Origin: Acidobacteriaceae bacterium
GTDB lineage: Bacteria > Acidobacteriota > Terriglobia > Terriglobales > Acidobacteriaceae
DNA: 42,616 nucleotides
NCBI GenBank assembly: GCA_035695685.1
Contig: DASRRN010000715.1
Coordinates: 1-42,616 of the forward strand
Reading direction: 5' to 3'
Position numbers and translations under genes: made by a program. Below are positions 32,171 to 40,633 of the stretch, piece after piece. Positions within the stretch are counted from its first letter, which is position 1; every line of letters begins with the position of its first letter. Under the pieces are notes generated by a model. It worked only from the letters and a program-made list of their open reading frames with translations, was not told where the DNA came from and did not search any database.

Positions 32171-32484
32171 CTCACGCGGACTCGTGATCGCGAATGCCGG
32201 CGTTGAATGAGCAGAGTGACTGCTTCACCCACTTTGCGCAGTTTTTTGAATGTTTCAGGCTGCGATTCTTCCGCCTCCCGCAGCTCTGTCGGCGTTGCGA
32301 GTCGCACGGTCATGTCATCTCGGAACATGAGAACAGATGCGCAATTGAGGCAGATGGTGCAGTCACCTGGCTCTGGTGACCTGGCACCCTCGCCCTCCGT
32401 CGCGGTTGAAGCATCCAACTGGTGGGCGCAAGCAGGGCACCGGGATTCTTTGTGCCGGAAAGTCTCGCCTATCTCGATCGCCAT
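32152..32484 (-). CDS. Zn-ribbon protein, 110 aa
   Basis: ATG 32484 (MAIEIGETF) overlaps the upstream stop. Cys pattern CPAC...CTICLNC. Confidence 0.5.
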   Translation of the reverse strand: MAIEIGETFRHKESRCPACAHQLDASTATEGEGARSPEPGDCTICLNCASVLMFRDDMTVRLATPTELREAEESQPETFKKLRKVGEAVTLLIQRRHSRSRVRVRWHSWN

Positions 32485-32726
32485 TATGCCCTCATCATCT
32501 GCGGCCCGCGCGCCTTGGTTATGCATTCAGGGTTCGAGCACAGCGTCTGCTTATGGTTCGCCCAGCTGCAGCTTTCGTCTTCCAGGAAGCCCAGCCCGGT
32601 GCAGGCATTGAAATCCGAGCATCCGCACTGCGCACAGATCCCGCGATATCCAGGCCTCTGCCGCGCCAGCTCGAGGGCCTTGGTGCGATCAAGCGGAATC
32701 ATTCTTTGGGGTGGCTTTTTCGTCAC
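32484..32726 (-). CDS. Cys-rich small protein, 80 aa
   Basis: Track ORF with 8 Cys (CAQCGC..C....C......C...C). Confidence 0.5.
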   Translation of the reverse strand: MTKKPPQRMIPLDRTKALELARQRPGYRGICAQCGCSDFNACTGLGFLEDESCSWANHKQTLCSNPECITKARGPQMMRA

Positions 32727-32926
32727 GTCTCTACTCCTGGAATTGTGGCCTGTGGTCTCACAATTTCATCTATCAGGATCCTCGGCCGCCATTCTTTGAG
32801 CGCGTTCTTACATTCCGCATTCACGCAGCGCCAGGTCATCTCTCCTTCGACATTCTCCATGAGGTTGCCACAGCCGCCGCATGTGATGTAGTCGATGACG
32901 ACCCCGTGTCCAGCTCCGCCGCTCAT
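32723..32926 (-). CDS. Zn-ribbon protein, 67 aa
   Basis: ATG 32926 forms an ATGA overlap. Cys pattern CGGCG...CVNAEC. Confidence 0.5.
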   Translation of the reverse strand: MSGGAGHGVVIDYITCGGCGNLMENVEGEMTWRCVNAECKNALKEWRPRILIDEIVRPQATIPGVET

Positions 32927-33135
32927 ATCTTTCCGCCCTTGTCGCGTTGCGATCTTGCGATCGCCGCGCAGGATTGAAGATGTGCAAGTATTCGAGGGTT
33001 GCGCTTGATCTTCCGATAGGCGTTCTGCAGAATGAACCACACCATCGCGCGGCTTATTCCTTCTATTGTCGCGATCTCTTTGATGGTCATGCCTTCGCCT
33101 TCGATGCGATCCATTACTTTGCCATCAATCCGCAT
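32923..33135 (-). CDS. Small HTH protein resembling sigma-70 region 4
   Basis: MTIKEIATIEGISRAMVWFILQNAYRKIKR fits the region-4/LuxR-type HTH pattern. Confidence 0.5.
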   Translation of the reverse strand: MRIDGKVMDRIEGEGMTIKEIATIEGISRAMVWFILQNAYRKIKRNPRILAHLQSCAAIARSQRDKGGKI

Positions 33136-33144
33136 GAATAGCCT

Positions 33145-35289
33145 TCAACCTCCTGCCGGCGCAAACTCGCTTTGTTCGATCGCGGTCCGGTCCCATTTGC
33201 GCTCATCCCATAGCGCCGCCTCGTCGGAGGCCTTGCCCATCAGGTCCTTGGCCAGGTCCGCTTCCTTGCTCTGGTCAATTTCCGCGCTCTTGGCGTTGTG
33301 GCGGGCGCCGATCGCCGCAATCTGTCCCTGCACGCGCTGCAGGCCCGGGTTATTTTGCGCGTACTTCTGCTGCTCCTGGGGCGTCATCGGCCGGATCAGT
33401 TCGCGCGCATCCTTCCATTCGCTTACTTCCATAAACATCTCGAGCAGCAGTTTCACGTCCACCATATATCCGGTCGCGTTGAGCTGCTGCACCAGCGGCT
33501 GATTCTCGAAGATCTGCACCATGAGGGGCAGCGCCTGGGCCATGGCTTTCTTGGCTGCCAGTTTGGCGCCGGCCAGGCAATCGAACATATCTTCCGACTC
33601 GTAGAAGTTCTGCGCGTCCAGCTCAAAGGCATCGCCCAGCTCGCGGCCCAGGATCTCGCGGATCTTCGATGGACTCATGCGATCTTTCACCAGGAAATCG
33701 ATGAGCTGGATAAAGGGCAGCAGGATGCCTTTTACAAAGTGGCCCACTGGCCCCTGAATTTTACCGGCGTTCGCAGCGATGATCCCGCCGGCGCCGGTCG
33801 CAGTGCGCGCGGCCGAGCTGCCGCCCTTGCCGGGCAGGCTGCCCTGAGTGAAGGCTTCGTCTGCGCCTGTGGTCGATTGCGCGTTCTGCGCCGCGGCTTG
33901 CAGTACGCTGAACACTTCGGGCGGGGTTTTCGGGGTCTCAATAATTCCGAATGCATCGCGCACGCTCTGCCCTGGCTTGGTGTCTACGTCTACGATTCCG
34001 CCCAGCCTCATCCGGATCTGCTGGGTGGGTGCATTGGCTCCGCGATCGCGCGCGTACATCGGATTGATGGCCATGCTCAAAAGGTCAAGTACCGCGTCCA
34101 CTAAACCTTTTTCAATGCGCTGGTCACTTCCGGCCAGGCGGCCCACACCGATGCCATAGCCGGCTTTGGGAATGTTCCAGAAGTTTGCGGCAAAGTAATT
34201 GAGGAAAGGGAAGCCGTGCTCTTCCTTCTTGATCAGCAGGCCGTTGATGCCGTCGGTGGTAAGGATCGCATAAACATAGGTCGGGTCGGTCCGCTCCATC
34301 ATCGCGATCGGCGCTTCGAGCGGATCCGCCGAACTCACTTCATCATCGTTCTGGGCATGATGGATGGCGTAGTTCTGACCGCCCAGGTTGAGCATCACCT
34401 GGCTGGGGTTGGCGGCGTTCTGGTCTCGATGCGCAAAAAAGTAATTCTTCAGCTCCTCTTCGCTCGGTATGTCGTAACCGCCGATTTGCTTGCCATCCTC
34501 ATCAAGCACCTTCTCCTCGCGCATTCGGTCGAGGTCTTTGTAGGTCGGATAGGTGAGATGGATGACGTACTTCGCTGACTTATGCAGCGCGTTCGGTTTC
34601 TTCCAGGTCGGATCCACAAACACCGAGCCCAGCTCGCAGCGCTCAAAGAAAAGCCCCTCGGTTGTGACTTCGGTATCGGTGACCACCCGCTCATCTGATT
34701 CCTTGGTGTGGATGGTCAGCTTGCCACCGAAGGGAAGCTGCTGTGTGATGGGTGCCTGCTTGGGGCTGCGCACTTTTTTGGTCTTAGTCTCCGTGGTCCA
34801 TCCGGCTTTCACAATCACGCTGCCGAAGTTCGTCATATCTTCGAGGGCCAACTCTGATTCGCTCTCGAAATCACAATCGTCCAGCAGCGCCCCGTAGAGC
34901 GTCGTCTTCGCGCGCGCCGTGGTTTGCGAGGTTGCAGGCCTCGGCCTGAGCAGGAAAGGCGGAGTCTCATAAAAGATGCCGCTCTTCATCGCCGGTACCA
35001 GCGAATTCACATGCTTGGCGACCGTGAAGCGGGAGATGTTGGCGCGGGCGACCGTGGATCCTTCGAAGGACTGATTGGTGCGCGGCGATTGGTAGAGTAC
35101 ATCGGCCTCGCGCCAATGCAGGTTCCACTGTTTCTGATCGAGGTAGGTTTTCGCGCGCTGCATATCCTGGATCACCAGCTGCACCGCGCCATCGTCGGTG
35201 TAGCGTGGATCCAGTCCTGGCTCCTGCAGCTCTACATCAGACTCCTCGATGTTCGCCGCCCCGTTCACTGCTCCCGCCAACGTCGCCAT
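33145..35289 (-). CDS. Portal protein
   Basis: At 714 aa it is the largest ORF between terminase and capsid. The acidic/aromatic pattern is typical of portals, and the call rests on size and synteny. Confidence 0.7.
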   Translation of the reverse strand: MATLAGAVNGAANIEESDVELQEPGLDPRYTDDGAVQLVIQDMQRAKTYLDQKQWNLHWREADVLYQSPRTNQSFEGSTVARANISRFTVAKHVNSLVPAMKSGIFYETPPFLLRPRPATSQTTARAKTTLYGALLDDCDFESESELALEDMTNFGSVIVKAGWTTETKTKKVRSPKQAPITQQLPFGGKLTIHTKESDERVVTDTEVTTEGLFFERCELGSVFVDPTWKKPNALHKSAKYVIHLTYPTYKDLDRMREEKVLDEDGKQIGGYDIPSEEELKNYFFAHRDQNAANPSQVMLNLGGQNYAIHHAQNDDEVSSADPLEAPIAMMERTDPTYVYAILTTDGINGLLIKKEEHGFPFLNYFAANFWNIPKAGYGIGVGRLAGSDQRIEKGLVDAVLDLLSMAINPMYARDRGANAPTQQIRMRLGGIVDVDTKPGQSVRDAFGIIETPKTPPEVFSVLQAAAQNAQSTTGADEAFTQGSLPGKGGSSAARTATGAGGIIAANAGKIQGPVGHFVKGILLPFIQLIDFLVKDRMSPSKIREILGRELGDAFELDAQNFYESEDMFDCLAGAKLAAKKAMAQALPLMVQIFENQPLVQQLNATGYMVDVKLLLEMFMEVSEWKDARELIRPMTPQEQQKYAQNNPGLQRVQGQIAAIGARHNAKSAEIDQSKEADLAKDLMGKASDEAALWDERKWDRTAIEQSEFAPAGG

Positions 35290-35292
35290 GGG

Positions 35293-35514
35293 TTACACCT
35301 TTCCGTTGAGTGCCACCGCTGCGTTAGCTGTCATCACCGCTTCGCGCACCATGCGGATCGCGGCCTGCTGGTCTGCGCAAGTCGGCGTGTTTTCGAGGAT
35401 AGTTAATGCAAAATCATGAGCCGCTGTACGCAATGCGCCATATTGTTCCTGCTGCAGCTCATTGGGAGCGTGGTATGTGAAAACGTCTTTTAGGTTGTCC
35501 TTGGTGACTGGCAT
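35293..35514 (-). CDS. Hypothetical protein, 73 aa
   Basis: Track ORF. The start overlaps the upstream stop by 1 nt. Confidence 0.5.
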   Translation of the reverse strand: MPVTKDNLKDVFTYHAPNELQQEQYGALRTAAHDFALTILENTPTCADQQAAIRMVREAVMTANAAVALNGKV

Positions 35515-35828
35515 TAGTTGACCGTCCCTTCGAGGGGAATCTTTGTGGCGTGCTCCCCTGGCATCTCGCCTTCGTCTTCAATAAAGAGGTGGGGCGCGAA
35601 CTCTCCCGGTAATCCCTCGATGGCCACCATTCCATCGAAATAAAGCGAAGTGCAGCGGTGGCCGGATCCTGGCGGCATGTGGCGAAACCGGATTGTTTTA
35701 CCGAGAAGACTTTTTCCGAGCAGCCACTGCTCTTTGATCTCCGGCGATCGCAGCGGCTCGTGAGGGCAGATCGTGGTGTTGTCCGCATCGTCGTATGTCA
35801 TGCAGCATTGGGAACACTTCCGCATCAT
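35514..35828 (-). CDS. Hypothetical Cys-containing protein, 104 aa
   Basis: Track ORF with CSQCC...C near the N-terminus. ATGA overlap upstream. Confidence 0.5.
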   Translation of the reverse strand: MMRKCSQCCMTYDDADNTTICPHEPLRSPEIKEQWLLGKSLLGKTIRFRHMPPGSGHRCTSLYFDGMVAIEGLPGEFAPHLFIEDEGEMPGEHATKIPLEGTVN

Positions 35829-36067
35829 AGGATCATCCTCAGCGGAAAGACCCGCGGCAAATCCGCCCGTGGCACCGGCGTCTCCCGTAGCTCTTTCTCA
35901 AATTGTGATTGATCGTCATCGAGTGATACAGCGATGCGGGTCACCAGGATCTGCACCTTGACGCCGCCCTCGGTCACGCCCTGCCAGATCCGCGCCGGCA
36001 CGCCAGATGTGGCATCCTCCGCAGCGATCTCAACAAACTCGTCAGTGCTCTCAATCGTGATTTTCAC
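35825..36067 (-). CDS. Hypothetical protein, 80 aa
   Basis: Track ORF, translationally coupled on both sides. Confidence 0.5.
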   Translation of the reverse strand: MKITIESTDEFVEIAAEDATSGVPARIWQGVTEGGVKVQILVTRIAVSLDDDQSQFEKELRETPVPRADLPRVFPLRMIL

Positions 36068-36507
36068 GCAAACCTCCGCATGATCTCCCGAGCCAGGCTC
36101 GTAGCCTGCTCTTTAGTTAGCGCCACATATCCCTCGGGATGTTGCGCAACTTCGAGCTGCTTCATTTGGCCATCGGGGGTGAGAATGACTTTTTTGAAGT
36201 TTACGGTGATTGCTTCATCGGGCATCAGTAGCGCGTATCCGTCCTCGAAGGCCTTGGCGGACGAGAATGATTGATAACCGTCTTCATAAACCACCAAGTA
36301 TCCGCCTGCCTTTGGATCAAATCGTTCAAGCCATCCGGCGTTAACACCAATGAAAATCGGCGTTCCTTTCGCTTCCAATGCGAGCATCGCGTATTGCATC
36401 TCCGCTGGGTCCATAACTGAGGGAGACAACTTCACTTCGAGAATTTTGGCGGCTCTTACGATCTTGTGACACTTCCAACGAAGCAGTAGCTCTAATTCTG
36501 ATTTCAT
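36064..36507 (-). CDS. Hypothetical protein, 147 aa
   Basis: Track ORF with an ATGA overlap on the terminase stop. Confidence 0.55.
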   Translation of the reverse strand: MKSELELLLRWKCHKIVRAAKILEVKLSPSVMDPAEMQYAMLALEAKGTPIFIGVNAGWLERFDPKAGGYLVVYEDGYQSFSSAKAFEDGYALLMPDEAITVNFKKVILTPDGQMKQLEVAQHPEGYVALTKEQATSLAREIMRRFA

Positions 36508-38162
36508 CCGCTCAACCCCGGCATCGCCTCGCTCAGATCATCATGGCTCGGCGGGTCCCATTCTTCCTCTTGAACTTCCATCACCGGCTCGCGCTCGGCG
36601 TATTCCCCTCGACTGTACACCCGGTTATAAGCGTCCTGATCGAGCTGCGCCTGCCAGGCCTCCTCATCCGACGTCTCAAAGCCTTCGGCCGCGATCGATG
36701 CCGGCAAATTGGCTGCCACGCGGCTGATGACCGAGGCGATCTCCTGATCCTCGACCATACCGAAATGATAAAGCTGGCGGAAAACCTCTTGCGCGTTCTG
36801 GATCCCGTCAGAGAAAAGCAGCCGGCCGGCAATCAGGTGCGGTTCGGCGCTCTTGATGGCCAGGGAGCGCGCGGTGGGATCCTGCAGGTACTCCGCCCAT
36901 TGGATCTCGATGCGCCAAGCATCCTCGAGGGCCTGGTTGCGGATGTGCTGCTCCATCGATCGGGCGCCTGGGGTTTCCTCGATCTGGATCCGGTGCGTCT
37001 CCCATTTTCTGGCTAGGGAAATGACCCGGCGCGCCAAGGCGGTGGGAGTGAGGGTGTCCCGTACCACTTCCATGATCGTCATGCGGCCGGCTTTTTCGGC
37101 GCCCACGGCCGCGGCGGCATATTTGCACTCGGCATATTCAAAACGCCATGCAATGTATATACGTCCGTTATCCGGCGTGTCGTCGTCAGATATTTTTGCA
37201 GCCTCCAGCCGCTCCATGGGGAAGGTGGGTTTGAAATTGCCTTCGGCGATGTTCATATATTGCGTCCAGAACGAGTTTTCATCCAGGTTCTTCTCACTTC
37301 TCAAGAACTTCCAGGACAATTGCTCGGGGAACTGCAGAATCACGTCATCCTCGGTCAATTGATCGTCTTCGAGCTTCAAAGCATGCGGTTTGCGGATATA
37401 AGCCGGCCTCCAGAGATAGACCCAGGTGTCATCCATCTTCTGAATCATGTCGCCATAGAGATCCATGGGCCCGTAGCGCGTCCCGGTCAGATCTAAGAAG
37501 CCGTGCTCGCCCATCATCTTCAGGTTGATGTAGAAGTTTTGCCGCACTTTGCGCAGCGCAAAGGCGGTTTGCGAGTTGCGATTGTCCTGCACGTCCTCGC
37601 TTTTCAGAATGTCGGGATGCCATCCGCTTAGGCTCTGCTCGATCGATACACCTTTCAAGGTTGGATCGCGGCGGTACTTGGTGCGCGCCGGCGTGATGAA
37701 GGTGCCCGCGGGCTGCAGTTTGGTGATGACATGCTCGGGGAAGAGCTGATGCAGGATGGTCTGGGGCATTCCGGCTGGGCAATAGAAGTGGCTCGCCACT
37801 TCGGCTACGAATGCATCCGCCAGGGGCGAGTCCGGAGAATTCGAGGCGGTCATGGCCATCACCGCGACCTCGGGGAAAGCGATGATCCACTGCACCGTGT
37901 CGGTGATGTTGAATGTGGTTTTGTAAGTTTTGCGTGGCAGGAGCACCATGCGTTTGTGTTTGCGGTGCTGATCCTCGATCGGCCTGCTCGGATCCTTCTT
38001 AATGAAAACGTCGGCCACCTGGCGGTGCCATCGTTCGCTGACCTTGGTGTAGCCGAGCACATACTTCGTGAGCCAGAAAAGATCGGTTTGCGCGCGCAAT
38101 CGCAGCTCGTCTCTGTATGCCGCGTCTTCCGCGATCCGCGCCACATCGATCTGGTTATGCAT
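36504..38162 (-). CDS. terL: Terminase large subunit
   Basis: Walker A-like LLPRKTYKTT and Walker B-like SGWHPDILKSEDVQD, followed by a C-terminal nuclease-sized domain. 552 aa, located upstream of the portal. Confidence 0.85.
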   Translation of the reverse strand: MHNQIDVARIAEDAAYRDELRLRAQTDLFWLTKYVLGYTKVSERWHRQVADVFIKKDPSRPIEDQHRKHKRMVLLPRKTYKTTFNITDTVQWIIAFPEVAVMAMTASNSPDSPLADAFVAEVASHFYCPAGMPQTILHQLFPEHVITKLQPAGTFITPARTKYRRDPTLKGVSIEQSLSGWHPDILKSEDVQDNRNSQTAFALRKVRQNFYINLKMMGEHGFLDLTGTRYGPMDLYGDMIQKMDDTWVYLWRPAYIRKPHALKLEDDQLTEDDVILQFPEQLSWKFLRSEKNLDENSFWTQYMNIAEGNFKPTFPMERLEAAKISDDDTPDNGRIYIAWRFEYAECKYAAAAVGAEKAGRMTIMEVVRDTLTPTALARRVISLARKWETHRIQIEETPGARSMEQHIRNQALEDAWRIEIQWAEYLQDPTARSLAIKSAEPHLIAGRLLFSDGIQNAQEVFRQLYHFGMVEDQEIASVISRVAANLPASIAAEGFETSDEEAWQAQLDQDAYNRVYSRGEYAEREPVMEVQEEEWDPPSHDDLSEAMPGLSG

Positions 38163-38168
38163 TACTTC

Positions 38169-38498
38169 TTACATCCCCGCCTGGATACCACCACCGCCGT
38201 CAGCCATTTCGGCATCCGGTGGTGCCGCTGCCTGCTGCGGTTCCATCTCGCCGGCTGGCGGCTGATCGCCCATGTGCTCTTGCATGTGCTCCTGGGCCGA
38301 TTCGACATCGGGCAGCACATGCTCCTCGGTGTGGTGGTGCGTGTGGTCCGCGCCGCCTGGTGTTCCCGTATGCCGGTGTACGTGGGCAATCACACCTCCA
38401 TTGTGGGCGCGTTCATAGTGCACGCTGTGTGTGTGCAGCTTCGCGCCTTCACGCTTGCCGCCTCCCAGCGCCTTCCTGACTTCATGCTCCTTCGCCAT
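38169..38498 (-). CDS. Histidine-rich acidic protein, 109 aa (sits where a small terminase would be)
   Basis: ATG 38498 has SD GGGAGAGG. About 17 His are present (HTHSVHYERAH..HVHRH...HTHHHTEEH). The track start 38603 is rejected. Confidence 0.5.
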   Translation of the reverse strand: MAKEHEVRKALGGGKREGAKLHTHSVHYERAHNGGVIAHVHRHTGTPGGADHTHHHTEEHVLPDVESAQEHMQEHMGDQPPAGEMEPQQAAAPPDAEMADGGGGIQAGM

Positions 38499-38515
38499 TG
38501 CCTCTCCCTCTCTCT

Positions 38516-38550
38516 GAAAATCTCCCGAGTGATTAGCGGCAACTCGGGAG
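38516..38550 (-). terminator. Hairpin plus short T-run downstream of the 194-aa gene
   Basis: 8-bp stem CTCCCGAG / CTCGGGAG (38522-38529 / 38543-38550), then ATTTTC on the minus strand. Confidence 0.4.
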
Positions 38551-38592
38551 TGTTCCCGCCGCTCCGGGTCTGGGGGTTGCCGCCCAGATTTG

Positions 38593-39177
38593 TTAGAAGC
38601 CAAGTTCGAAGTTGGCGAGGTTGCCGATATTCAAGCCCGCGGTCCCAAACGTGAGGGCCACGGCGAAGTAGAGAGCTGGATCGGTGGGAGCGACTGGGGT
38701 CACGCCGGCCGCACCCTGGTTCTGGATCACATTGGTGCCGTTAATGCCGGTCACGGTTGCAGCCAGCACCGCCGCGCCGTCATAGAGATCATTCACCAGC
38801 TGCGAGAAAACGCCGTGCATGATCCCGCTCTGCGAATCGAACTGGCAATCGGCCTGGATAAACCATGGCGCATAAGTGGTGGTTGCGATCGCGCGCGCCG
38901 TGCCAGATCCCAGCACTGTCCAATTGGTCGAGGTGAAGGGCACGGCTGGAATCACCAGCGCTGCGAGCAGGGTCGCTTTCAAGGTGTAGGCGCCGTTCAC
39001 GTAGGCATTGCCTTCGGCGCGGACTGTGAACTTCTTGGCCTCGATCGCCAGTTTGCCGGGCACGGCCAGCGCGGTGGGAAGAAGTGGATTGGAAAGCTGG
39101 GAGAATACCTGCGCGGTGGCGACATTGCCGATGACAGGATTCGAGGGGGGTGTGCGCTTGATCGCAAGACTGCTCAT
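38593..39177 (-). CDS. Beta-rich protein of unknown function, 194 aa
   Basis: Strong SD AAAGGAGAA. It has a 91-nt upstream spacer and a hairpin downstream. The product has few charged residues and ends ...LANFELGF. Confidence 0.6.
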   Translation of the reverse strand: MSSLAIKRTPPSNPVIGNVATAQVFSQLSNPLLPTALAVPGKLAIEAKKFTVRAEGNAYVNGAYTLKATLLAALVIPAVPFTSTNWTVLGSGTARAIATTTYAPWFIQADCQFDSQSGIMHGVFSQLVNDLYDGAAVLAATVTGINGTNVIQNQGAAGVTPVAPTDPALYFAVALTFGTAGLNIGNLANFELGF

Positions 39178-39268
39178 TGTCGATGTTCTCCTTTTAGGAA
39201 CATGGGCTCAAGATGTGGGCCTTCCCCTCAGAGTGCGCCAGTGTCCCGGCAATCTGCAAGTATCGAAA

Positions 39269-39634
39269 TTACACATTAATGGTTCCCAGGTGTGCTTCAA
39301 GCGGAGATGCGCCGCCGGAATGGCTTTCCTCGAGCTCTGCGGCGGCCGGCTTATTCTTCGGCCCGCGTTTGTTTCCCTTCTTCCATCCCCGCTTCACGCC
39401 GTGGGCTTTGTTGTACTCATTGCGCCACAGCGTAAAGAGCCGTCGTTGTTCCGGAGTACTCGGCCGGTTGCAGTTCCTACACCTGGTCATATCGCGCAGC
39501 ACCCGGCGCGCATTTTTCAGATCGCGCGCATGCGCATCGCTGCAGGTGACGGCCTTGCGCGTCACTCGCTCCGGGGCAATCGGTTCGCCGCAAATCACGC
39601 AATGAAACACAAGCTCGGTCAGATTTTTCGGCAT
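39269..39634 (-). CDS. Small Zn-finger/basic protein, 121 aa (paralog A)
   Basis: The N-terminus MPKNLTELVFHCVICGEP is shared with the next gene. It also has CRNC and a Lys/Arg-rich tail. Confidence 0.55.
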   Translation of the reverse strand: MPKNLTELVFHCVICGEPIAPERVTRKAVTCSDAHARDLKNARRVLRDMTRCRNCNRPSTPEQRRLFTLWRNEYNKAHGVKRGWKKGNKRGPKNKPAAAELEESHSGGASPLEAHLGTINV

Positions 39635-39948
39635 CGTAGTCCCTTCAGTTCGCGACGGTATAGTTCGCGGTCCTGTTCCAGTGTGGCTTGTAGGGCGTCC
39701 CGCTCGGCTTCTACCTTCTTTGCCCAGTCATAGTTGTCATTGCAAAGTCTATGGCTGGTTTCGAGGAGATCCCTGATTGCCTCGAAAGTCGACAACTGAC
39801 CTGTTGGGTTACATCGATACTTTCGCATCAGTTCGGCAAACTTTTCGATTTCCTCTTGCTGTGCCTGTATCTGCTGCTCAATGTCGGCGGGTAATCCTGT
39901 GCCGCAAATCACACAATTAAACACAAGCTCGGTCGGATTTTTTGGCAT
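39587..39948 (-). repeat. Duplicated 48-nt gene 5' end (39587-39634 and 39901-39948)
   Basis: gccgcaaatcacgcaatgaaacacaagctcggtcagatttttcggcat aligns with gccgcaaatcacacaattaaacacaagctcggtcggattttttggcat at about 90% identity. Confidence 0.85.
39619..39948 (-). CDS. Small protein, 109 aa (paralog B)
   Basis: The N-terminus is MPKNPTELVFNCVICGTG. The remainder is helical and unrelated to paralog A. Confidence 0.55.
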   Translation of the reverse strand: MPKNPTELVFNCVICGTGLPADIEQQIQAQQEEIEKFAELMRKYRCNPTGQLSTFEAIRDLLETSHRLCNDNYDWAKKVEAERDALQATLEQDRELYRRELKGLRCRKI

Positions 39949-40034
39949 CGCTCAGTGTCCCTTCAATTCATTCCAAAAACTGCGCGCCAGCCAGATCACC
40001 GCATAAGCTCCAAGCATCGCCCAGGTTAAATCGC

Positions 40035-40580
40035 TCACAATGTTTCCTCCACAATCTCCACCCGCACGTGTACACGTTCAGGTGTTCCATAAATTTTGTG
40101 CAGCTCATAGTCGACCACCTGGCTGTCGTCTTCATAGAGCACGCCGGTCAATCCGTCGGCGGTGCTCCGAGCAAGCTTGTCCAGGTCAGGTTTCACTGTC
40201 GGCCGAGCGCGTGTCGCCGGCGCAGATTTGGGACGCGCGAAAACAAAAGTGATGGCCACGCGTACCGGCACACCCGCCGGTGCCAGGAGCAGCTCATGCA
40301 GGCCTGCGGCGGCTTTCGCGCGCAGCGCCGCCCAGCCCACTTCATTGCGATAGGGATGGGTGCGCTTATTGTCGCTTTTGAAAATCGTGCCTGGGCTTCC
40401 ATCCTCGCGCACAATGGCGACGCCGCTCATGCTGCCCTGGGGTGCGGCCTTGCACTCGACGATGAATTCGATGGCTCTTACTTTAAGCAGTTGATTGACT
40501 GCTGCTTGAGCATTCTGTCCGCGCTCGATAAAGTCCGTCCATGCTTGTCGCTCAGCCTTCTGCGTCATCCTGGCCATCAT
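40035..40580 (-). CDS. rusA: RusA-family Holliday-junction resolvase (with N-terminal extension)
   Basis: VKPDLDKLARSTADGLTGVLYEDDSQVVDYELHKIY matches the RusA acidic catalytic core. ATG 40580 is chosen because the track start 40718 would overlap the divergent RHH gene. Confidence 0.7.
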   Translation of the reverse strand: MMARMTQKAERQAWTDFIERGQNAQAAVNQLLKVRAIEFIVECKAAPQGSMSGVAIVREDGSPGTIFKSDNKRTHPYRNEVGWAALRAKAAAGLHELLLAPAGVPVRVAITFVFARPKSAPATRARPTVKPDLDKLARSTADGLTGVLYEDDSQVVDYELHKIYGTPERVHVRVEIVEETL

Positions 40581-40633
40581 TTTTTCTGCATCCCGATTTC
40601 TTATGAAGTGTACCAGTGTTGTACCATGCCGCC
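40581..40633. promoter_or_regulatory. Divergent control region between the minus-strand and plus-strand arms
   Basis: The spacer is 53 nt. TGTACCA is repeated at 40609-40615 and 40620-40626 (11-bp phase), next to a T-run. Confidence 0.45.
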
